DNA of 64,000 nucleotides from an uncultured Ruminococcus sp. (GTDB lineage Bacteria; Bacillota; Clostridia; Oscillospirales; CAG-272), in assembly GCA_964617165.1 (NCBI GenBank), contig CAZTWE010000002.1, positions 3,247-67,246 of the forward strand, in the 5' to 3' direction. Under the pieces are notes generated by a model. That model was not told the DNA's origin, did not search any database, and worked only from the letters and a program-made list of their open reading frames with translations. A program made the translations under genes and the position numbers. Of the stretch, positions 57,299-64,000 are shown in pieces. How positions within the stretch are numbered: position 1 is the stretch's first letter; each line of letters opens with the position of its first letter.

Positions 57299-59332
57299 AT
57301 GAAAAATGAAAAGGTAAATATAAAAGGAGATAAGAGTTTTCAAAGGACAAAAAAGACTGAAAAAAGTAATATAAAACCTAAAATAAAGAAAACTCAGAAA
57401 AATAAAAAAGAAACAACAAACAACAATTCTAACCAAAATGTAAATAAAAAGTTACAAAATAACGCAAATAGCAAAACAACTGATAAAAAAGCAAAGCCCA
57501 TACAGCCGACAGTAAAAAAAGCGCAACAAAGAAAATCAAAAAACAGCACTACAAAATACAGTTACACAGACAAAATGGAAATTTTACTTGACGAGATAAG
57601 CGAAGGTATATCCATGGCGAAAAGCAGTGCGAAAAAGGAAAGCTCAGCGCCAAGAAAGTCACATCGCACTGATAAGGGAAAGTTAAAAATAATATCTCTC
57701 GGCGGACTTGAGGAGATAGGCAAGAACATAACTCTCTTTGAATACGGTGATGATATAGTTATCATTGATGCAGGACTTGCCTTTCCTGACGAGGATATGC
57801 TCGGAATAGATCTCGTTATTCCTGATTTTTCTTATATAATTCAAAACGCTCATAAGGTAAGAGGACTTCTTATAACGCACGGCCACGAGGATCATATAGG
57901 AGCAGTTCCCTATTTGCTTTCGGCAGTGGATATACCCGTATACGGAACAAAGCTTTCTCTTGGAATAATAGAGGGTAAGCTTGATGAAAACCCTCCGCCC
58001 TTTGAGCCGCGTCTGTACACGGTCGAGGCATCTGACGTTATAAATCTGGGCGTATTCAAGGCTGAATTTATACACGTAAATCATTCAATAGCCGATGCTG
58101 CGGCTATATGCTTGAGAACTCCTGTCGGAAACGTGTTCCATACCGGAGATTTCAAGCTTGACGTATCTCCGATAGACGGCAAGATGATGGATATTACGCG
58201 CATAGGCGAGATTGGACGCGAGGGTGTGGCTCTTATGCTCTGTGAGTCCACAAATGCGGAAAGAAGCGGTTTTACGCCCTCTGAGAGGACGGTGGGCGGC
58301 TCCCTTGACCGTATATTTATGCAGAATGAGGGAAAAAGGCTTATTATAGCAACATTTTCCTCAAACGTGCACAGAGTTCAGCAGATAATAAATGCAAGCG
58401 CAAAATATCAAAGGCGTGTTGCCGTGCTCGGCAGAAGTATGACAAATATACTCGGAGCTGCGCTTGAGCTTGGATATATGGATATCCCCGATGATGTTCT
58501 TATAAATATCAACGATATAAAGAGATACTCACCGGGAGAGCTTACACTTATTACTACGGGAAGCCAAGGTGAGCCGATGTCTGCATTGTACAGGATAGCC
58601 TTTTCCGAGCATGACAAGGTAAAGCTTGCGGCAAACGATACTGTTGTTCTCAGCTCAAGTGCTATTCCCGGCAATGAAAAATTCGTAGGAAAAATAGTTA
58701 ATGCGCTGATAAGAAACGGCGTTAAGGTTGTAAACGATTCTGCTGAGGACGTTCACGTTTCGGGGCATGCATGCAGAGAAGAAATAAAGCTTATGCTATC
58801 TCTTCTTAAACCTAAATATTTCATGCCTATTCACGGTGAGAGCAGGCACCTTTATGCAAATAAGGAAATAGCTGAATATATGGGTATTGCTCCGTCAAAT
58901 ATATTCATTTCCGAAATAGGAAAGGTGCTTGAGCTTGACAAAAAATCCTGTGCGTTTGCAGGGAGCGTTCCTTCGGGAAAGGTGCTTATAGACGGCTCGG
59001 GTGTCGGAGATATAGGAAGCGTTGTTCTGCGTGACAGAAAGCATCTTTCCGAGGATGGACTCGTTGTTATCGTGGCAGCGGTAAATCTTGAAGAGGGGCT
59101 TGTTTTCTCAGGACCTGATATCGTTTCGAGAGGCTTTGTATACGTTAAGGAGTCATCTGATCTTGTAGAAAGCACGAAGAAGATAGCAGACAATACCTTA
59201 ACTAAAATGCTTGATCGCAGGATAAGCGATATAAATCAGATCAAAACGGCAATCAGAGATGACGTAGCTAGATTTATTTTTAAAGAAACGAAGAGGAAGC
59301 CTATGATACTTCCCATAATAATGGAAGTTTGA
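57299..59332 (+). CDS. rnj: ribonuclease J with a Lys/Asn-rich N-terminal extension (start uncertain: 57266 GTG, 57299 ATG, 57575 ATG or 57614 ATG)
   Basis: Core KLKIISLGGLEEIGKNITLFEYGDDIVIIDAGLAFP, HGHEDHIG and beta-CASP/C-terminal domains. The frame is open for ~350 nt upstream through very A-rich sequence. Confidence 0.85.
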   Translation: MKNEKVNIKGDKSFQRTKKTEKSNIKPKIKKTQKNKKETTNNNSNQNVNKKLQNNANSKTTDKKAKPIQPTVKKAQQRKSKNSTTKYSYTDKMEILLDEISEGISMAKSSAKKESSAPRKSHRTDKGKLKIISLGGLEEIGKNITLFEYGDDIVIIDAGLAFPDEDMLGIDLVIPDFSYIIQNAHKVRGLLITHGHEDHIGAVPYLLSAVDIPVYGTKLSLGIIEGKLDENPPPFEPRLYTVEASDVINLGVFKAEFIHVNHSIADAAAICLRTPVGNVFHTGDFKLDVSPIDGKMMDITRIGEIGREGVALMLCESTNAERSGFTPSERTVGGSLDRIFMQNEGKRLIIATFSSNVHRVQQIINASAKYQRRVAVLGRSMTNILGAALELGYMDIPDDVLININDIKRYSPGELTLITTGSQGEPMSALYRIAFSEHDKVKLAANDTVVLSSSAIPGNEKFVGKIVNALIRNGVKVVNDSAEDVHVSGHACREEIKLMLSLLKPKYFMPIHGESRHLYANKEIAEYMGIAPSNIFISEIGKVLELDKKSCAFAGSVPSGKVLIDGSGVGDIGSVVLRDRKHLSEDGLVVIVAAVNLEEGLVFSGPDIVSRGFVYVKESSDLVESTKKIADNTLTKMLDRRISDINQIKTAIRDDVARFIFKETKRKPMILPIIMEV

Positions 59333-59333
59333 T

Positions 59334-60116
59334 ATGAACAGATTATTTCTTGCCGATACTAAAAAAGCAAAACAGCTTCTTTCATGCGAGGCTTATGAAA
59401 AAAAACTTCTTGCAAAGCTCCCTGCAACCTGGAGACCGAGGATAGAACAAACACGTAATATAGATCTGAGACACGACAGGTTGCTTGTATATACTCTTCT
59501 CGCGGAGGCGGTATGCGTTGAAAAATGGCGCATTTTCTGGCAAACCACGTATACCGTATCGGATGATGAGGAGCATAAATTTGATAATTTTCCGCCCCTT
59601 ATTTTCGATGAGAAGAAAAGACCGTCGCTTGAGGGATGCAAATTTGATATATCGGTATCACATACGGACGGTATGGTTGCGGTTGCGATCGCGTATTCCG
59701 CGGATTCAAGAATAGGAGTGGACATAGAAAAAGTAAGCTGCGAAGCTATCGTAACGGCTGAAAAATTCGATAAGAGATATACAAAAAATATAAATGTTCC
59801 ATACGGTGATTTTTTCTATCATTACGAGCTGCTTGACAGAGAGGATATATTCTTATTTGGATTTGATGAAAACGGAATAAAAGAGCTTTGTAATAACGAT
59901 TTGCTTGAGGATAGCGTAACCGAATGTGAACCACTGAAAAAGTGGACCAGAGTAGAAGCAGTATTAAAAAGTGACGGTGGCGGCTTTGAGTCTTTACCAA
60001 ATATTGGTAAACTAGTGGCATCACATGCAATATACACAGGTGTTATTAAGTATCATGGCACGGCATTTGCAATTACCGTGGCCGAAAAAATAACAATATC
60101 TGCATTAATACTGTAA
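59334..60116 (+). CDS. Sfp-type 4'-phosphopantetheinyl transferase
   Basis: ISVSHTDGMVAVAIAY..IGVDIEKV and WTRVEAVLKSDGGG (W-x-x-K/V-E-A motif). It starts 1 nt after the rnj stop. Confidence 0.65.
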   Translation: MNRLFLADTKKAKQLLSCEAYEKKLLAKLPATWRPRIEQTRNIDLRHDRLLVYTLLAEAVCVEKWRIFWQTTYTVSDDEEHKFDNFPPLIFDEKKRPSLEGCKFDISVSHTDGMVAVAIAYSADSRIGVDIEKVSCEAIVTAEKFDKRYTKNINVPYGDFFYHYELLDREDIFLFGFDENGIKELCNNDLLEDSVTECEPLKKWTRVEAVLKSDGGGFESLPNIGKLVASHAIYTGVIKYHGTAFAITVAEKITISALIL

Positions 60117-60332
60117 TATAACCGTTTTTTATCTTATTCATAAAAACTAAGTGCGAGCATCGCATTTGACTGGTTAAATGTGAATATTGGCTAAGTTAAA
60201 CCTTTGTGTAAATAAAAGAAGAGCAAGAGTATAGGAGATATGATATGCGCCTACAAAAGTGTCTGACTTTTTAGGTTCACTTCAAATAATCCTTATATTC
60301 TTGCTTTATTTGTTTTATATATTTTTTAAATA

Positions 60333-60950
60333 TTATGATGCGAGCATGCTGTTAACAGCCGATAAAAGCGACGGCATTGCGAGTATCAATGCAAATCCGA
60401 ACGTCAAAATAAGAACACAGCACAAAACGGTTTTAATAAGTGAACCGTTATTGGTTAAAAACGTATGCTCGGCATAGGCTTTTTTGTCCTCGTTTATGTA
60501 AAACTTTGCTTGTGTTAAGTCTATTTCAGGGGTTTTTATGCTGTCAAGTAGATTTTTCTTCTCTTCCGGAGAAAGCCTTTTTGCCTTTTTCTTGATATTT
60601 TCGGCTTTAAGATGTTCTTCATAGGTTTGCTTTTTTACACCAACAACTGAAATAATTTTGCTTATAGCACCGCTTCCTTTTAATATGAGAGTGGATACTG
60701 CTTTGTTTTTATCAAGTCCAAGCTCTGACATTGTTTTTGCATTATTCTCACCGTACGCCTCTGCTCTTATCATTTTTTTGAGTAAAAGCGATACGTTTGA
60801 TTGATTGTAACTTATAACCAAGCATGCTACGCACAATCCAAGAAATAATAGTATTAAAATTTTATTTATCTGTATATCTATACCTATGTTAGGATAATCT
60901 TCAAGAGTCAAACACAAATATTCGTTGTAGAAGTTTTTTAAAAAATTCAT
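60333..60950 (-). CDS. membrane protein of unknown function (downstream of parB)
   Basis: 205 aa with TM helices near residues 30-50 and 175-200 and a Lys-rich middle. It lies 22 nt after the parB stop. Confidence 0.45.
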   Translation of the reverse strand: MNFLKNFYNEYLCLTLEDYPNIGIDIQINKILILLFLGLCVACLVISYNQSNVSLLLKKMIRAEAYGENNAKTMSELGLDKNKAVSTLILKGSGAISKIISVVGVKKQTYEEHLKAENIKKKAKRLSPEEKKNLLDSIKTPEIDLTQAKFYINEDKKAYAEHTFLTNNGSLIKTVLCCVLILTFGFALILAMPSLLSAVNSMLAS

Positions 60951-60972
60951 ATTTATGTTAACCTTTCAGTTT

Positions 60973-61857
60973 TTATTCATCAAGAAAATCTTTTCCGCAG
61001 ATCGTTTTTAACAGTTCATCAAGATCTTCGTTGTCTTCATAAAATAGCGTAACAGATTTGTTTTTGCCTTTACCCTTGATTTTTACGACCCTACCGAGGT
61101 GAGATTGTATTTTTAACTCCATTTCGCGGAAATAATCAACAATAGGAAGAGGCTCTTCGTCTTCTTTGATCGGCTTGGCGTTATTGATCTTTTTAACCTC
61201 TTCTTCAAGCTGACGTACCGAAAGATCGTATTCAACCGTTTTGTTTGCAAGCAGTATCATATTATCGCGACTTTTTACTCCGAGAAGAGTTCTGCCGTGA
61301 CCTGCTGAGATGTCACCGTTCGCGACCATCTCCAAAATTTCGGCAGGAAGTTCCAAAAGTCTCGTTGAATTTGCAATTGCACTACGGCTTTTCCCTACTC
61401 TTTCAGACAATTCCTCTTGGGTAAGTCCGTATTCTTCACAAAGAGCGCGGAAAGCCATTGCTTCTTCTATAGGATTAAGATCCTCACGTTGGATGTTTTC
61501 TATAAGTGACAGTTCCGCTACCTTTCTATCATCGGTATCAAGAATAATTGTGGGAATTTCGTCAAGCCCTGCAAGCTTTGATGCTCTGTATCTGCGTTCT
61601 CCTGCAATTATCTGATATCTTCCCTCGGCATATTCTCTTACCAAAATAGGCTGCAAAAGCCCATTTTCTTTAATAGAAGCAGCAAGCTCCTCCAAAGCTT
61701 CTTTGTCAAAATATTTTCTCGGTTGATCTCTTTTTGGATCAATCATTGCCAATTTTATTACGGTAATAGTATTTTCACCGCTTGTTTTTTCATCAAGCGA
61801 ATTATCCAAAAATATCGCATCTAATCCTCTTCCGAGACCGCTATTTTTCTTTCTCAT
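60973..61857 (-). CDS. parB: chromosome partitioning protein ParB/Spo0J
   Basis: GLGRGLDAIF, LQPILVR..YQIIAGERRYRAS (ParB box) and HTH LTQEELSERVGKSRSAIANSTRLLELP. Confidence 0.9.
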   Translation of the reverse strand: MRKKNSGLGRGLDAIFLDNSLDEKTSGENTITVIKLAMIDPKRDQPRKYFDKEALEELAASIKENGLLQPILVREYAEGRYQIIAGERRYRASKLAGLDEIPTIILDTDDRKVAELSLIENIQREDLNPIEEAMAFRALCEEYGLTQEELSERVGKSRSAIANSTRLLELPAEILEMVANGDISAGHGRTLLGVKSRDNMILLANKTVEYDLSVRQLEEEVKKINNAKPIKEDEEPLPIVDYFREMELKIQSHLGRVVKIKGKGKNKSVTLFYEDNEDLDELLKTICGKDFLDE

Positions 61858-61911
61858 TATATATCTCCTTGTGTATTTTTTTGTGTGAAACAGAGCGTTT
61901 AAAACTGAAAA

Positions 61912-61927
61912 TGTTTCACGTGAAACA
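61912..61927. promoter_or_regulatory. parS: parS site (perfect TGTTTCACGTGAAACA)
   Basis: Exact 16-bp palindrome matching the Firmicute parS consensus TGTTNCACGTGAAACA. Confidence 0.85.
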
Positions 61928-61984
61928 ATCTACTGAAAACGGTGCTTAAAAATAGCATTATCATAATAATGTTTCATAAAACAA

Positions 61985-62000
61985 TGTTTCACGTGAAACA
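61985..62000. promoter_or_regulatory. parS: parS site (perfect TGTTTCACGTGAAACA)
   Basis: A second exact copy 73 bp from the first. Half-sites gtgaaaca (61885-61892) and tgtttcat (61970-61977) lie nearby. Confidence 0.85.
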
Positions 62001-62069
62001 TTTCTAAAAATGCCAAATGATGTTATTCAGTGGTTACGTTGAATTATTATTTAACGTTCGCGATGCTTA

Positions 62070-62843
62070 TTATATGCGCATCATAAGTTCTTTAGCGACT
62101 GCTGCATATTCCAGAGAACCTTTTCCGTAAGGATCGTGATAACAAATAGGCTCACCATATCCCGGAGCCTCTGAAATTCTTACAGTTCTGGAAATCGGTA
62201 CCTTAAACAGCTTGTCCTCGTAGTATTTTTTTAATTCGGATACAACTTGATTAGTTAAGGTTAATCTTCCATTATACATTGTAAGAAGTATTCCTACGAT
62301 GCGGAGATCGGGGTTAAATAGCTGATGTATCTTTTTTATTGTATTAAACAGTTGTGACATACCCTCCAAAGAGTAAAATTCGCACTGCATAGGAATAACA
62401 ACGCCGTCAGAAACCGAAAGAGCTTTAACTGTCAACATACCCAAAGAGGGAGGACAGTCAATAAAAATGTAATCAAAATCTTCGGCAATCGACTTTATCG
62501 CTACTTTTATGTAGTCTATTTCTGCTTCTCCTGCTTCAATAAGATCGTGAAGCTCGATTTCAGCTCCTGCTAAGTCGATATTTGCAGGAATAACTGATAA
62601 ATTTTTAAATTTTGTCTTTATTACGGCATCATGAATGTCACACTTGCCGATAATAACCTCATAGATAGTCTTTTTGATTTTTGATTTAGAAAGCCCAATA
62701 CCGCTTGTAGCATTTCCTTGGGGATCCATGTCTATCATAAGGACTTTTTTTCCTTTGTTTGCTATCTGAGCGGCTATATTAACGCAGGAGGTGGTTTTTC
62801 CGACCCCGCCTTTTTGATTTGAAAAACAAACTATTTTTCCCAT
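62070..62843 (-). CDS. parA: chromosome partitioning ATPase ParA/Soj
   Basis: Deviant Walker A SNQKGGVGKTTS, DMDPQGNAT, and 257 aa. Confidence 0.9.
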   Translation of the reverse strand: MGKIVCFSNQKGGVGKTTSCVNIAAQIANKGKKVLMIDMDPQGNATSGIGLSKSKIKKTIYEVIIGKCDIHDAVIKTKFKNLSVIPANIDLAGAEIELHDLIEAGEAEIDYIKVAIKSIAEDFDYIFIDCPPSLGMLTVKALSVSDGVVIPMQCEFYSLEGMSQLFNTIKKIHQLFNPDLRIVGILLTMYNGRLTLTNQVVSELKKYYEDKLFKVPISRTVRISEAPGYGEPICYHDPYGKGSLEYAAVAKELMMRI

Positions 62844-62966
62844 TTTAATGCGACCTTGTCTTTTAATATTTATAAATAATGCTGAAACTGTATATTATTA
62901 TACCATTTTACGTGTTATAATGTCAATATTTATATAAAATTTAATAAAACTGTTTGTCATAAAAAA

Positions 62967-62982
62967 TGTTTCACGTGGAACA
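62967..62982. promoter_or_regulatory. parS: parS-like site (TGTTTCACGTGGAACA, one mismatch)
   Basis: Lies 124 bp upstream of the parA start. Confidence 0.7.
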
Positions 62983-63633
62983 TTTTTGTGTGTTAAATGT
63001 TTTTATGTGAAATAATTCGCGAGTAAAACAATTTTTACTGTACTATATCCATAAAATACCAAAAAATAAGTAATTTTTCTATATTTTTACTGCTCCGTGT
63101 TTTTTGACCGTATTTTTAAGCTCTGATTTTTACGATTTTTGCTTTCAAGTATTAAAAAATACGAAAACACAACTGAAAATTCGAAGCATCAGCTTCGCTA
63201 TAAAATGAATAAATATACAATTTAAAGAATAAAAATACTTTATTTTGTATAATTGTTTTGGAGGTTTTGATAATTCAAATACTTTTGCAAATGAAACGGT
63301 TTGCCGATTTATATTTTCTGCTTTACTTCTCAAAGCCGCTGAGGCGTTGCAGATTGCGAATTGTAATCAGAACACACTCCGAGCTTTAAACGGGATTTTG
63401 GGGTTGTTTTTGCTTGATTGTCGCGATAAATTGATTTTTTGTGCGTCTGACTAGCACAGAACTGCTGATCTAAATGTACGCATTTCAGCGCGGTATTCAT
63501 ACAACAAATAAAAGATCGGTTAAACAAGTGTTGAAAAAATTGTGAAAAAAACAAATATTTTTTTGGTTTTTACGGAATAAATTGTGCATACAAGGAATTT
63601 TTGAGCGTTTTTTTATTATTATTCGCACATTTA

Positions 63634-63662
63634 TTGACAAAGAGCTTTTTTAATGATACAAT
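63634..63662 (+). promoter_or_regulatory. sigma-A promoter with extended -10 (TTGACA-17-TACAAT, TGn)
   Basis: TTGACA at 63634-63639 and tgaTACAAT at 63654-63662, ~210 nt upstream of the next CDS. Confidence 0.6.
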
Positions 63663-63876
63663 TATAGTGTAAATGAAAGTATACGTTTGATGCTTGATTA
63701 CATTACCCCGTTTTCGGTATGGATCCTGCTCTGAAATGTAAATTTGCCATTTGAATATTTTATGAATATTATTTTTATGACAGCTCGCTTTAAAATACGA
63801 GAAAATACGAAAAGTGCGAAAAGACAAACCTATGATTTTCGAAAAAACAAATACCAACAAAATTTCAAGCGATACA

Positions 63877-64000
63877 ATGGTTTTTAATGACGAATACGCC
63901 ACTAAAATTTTATTGATACGGCACGGAGAGAGCCTCGGAAATGCTGTCAGACGTTTTTTAGGGCATACGGACCTAGATCTCTCTGCACTCGGATATGAGC
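63877..64000 (+). CDS. histidine phosphatase family protein (phosphoglycerate-mutase-like), 3' end outside the window
   Basis: MVFNDEYATKILLIRHGESLGNAVRRFLGHTDLDLSALGYE contains the RHGE catalytic motif. It is not in the ORF track because fewer than 60 codons fall in the window. Confidence 0.7.
   Translation, partial: MVFNDEYATKILLIRHGESLGNAVRRFLGHTDLDLSALGYE

Noticed and set aside
63145-63902. Four ORFs of 62-110 aa (63145-63333, 63245-63454, 63330-63554, 63570-63902) in the AT-rich region.
   Set aside because: They have low-complexity Phe/Lys/Ile/Asn-rich translations, non-ATG or RBS-less starts and mutually overlapping frames. They are consistent with random ORFs in AT-rich non-coding DNA.

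Overview
This 64-kb chromosomal segment appears to come from a spore-forming, Clostridia-type Firmicute. An Oscillospiraceae/Ruminococcaceae-like gut organism is my guess only and cannot be verified here. No rRNA, tRNA, CRISPR array, transposase or integrase was recognised.

Layout of the window:
- 0-9.3 kb: a carbohydrate/esterase neighbourhood containing a glycyl-radical activase fragment, two alpha/beta hydrolases, RNase Z, a CE7 acetylxylan esterase, a GH42 beta-galactosidase and a beta-helix glycosidase. It carries several adjacent gene-decay scars: a truncated MFS gene fused to a truncated SGNH hydrolase gene, an FGGY-kinase remnant, araD with an in-frame internal deletion, and possibly a shortened GH42.
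- 9.6-24.1 kb: a single 14-kb, seven-gene plus-strand operon. It sits behind a consensus sigma-A promoter and a ~350-nt structured leader. It encodes a membrane B-repeat/collagen-like protein, a MoxR AAA+ ATPase, a DUF58 protein, two BatA-type VWA membrane proteins, a BspA-type LRR lipoprotein and an Ig-like lipoprotein with a large orphan domain. This is the most interesting candidate for an uncharacterised envelope system.
- 24.3-44.5 kb: GH4 alpha-galactosidase plus an AraC regulator, a low-GC 1027-aa surface protein, trkH/trkA, a PHP phosphatase, an SPFH operon, a CPA2 antiporter, a DUF368 gene coupled to a NADAR-like gene, a GH42-like hydrolase plus a PocR/AraC regulator, a Na/Pi cotransporter and a DUF4190 protein.
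- 44.6-64 kb: the replication-origin region. It runs spoVAC-AD-AEb, dnaA, a DnaA-box cluster (oriC), dnaN, recF, remB, gyrB and gyrA. These are followed by a lipoprotein, an XRE regulator, RNase J with a Lys-rich N-terminal extension, and an Sfp-type PPTase. On the opposite strand lie a membrane protein, parB and parA with three parS sites. A 1-kb AT-rich non-coding region and the start of a histidine-phosphatase gene close the window.

All calls come from reading the ORF translations and the nucleotide sequence. No database search was run.
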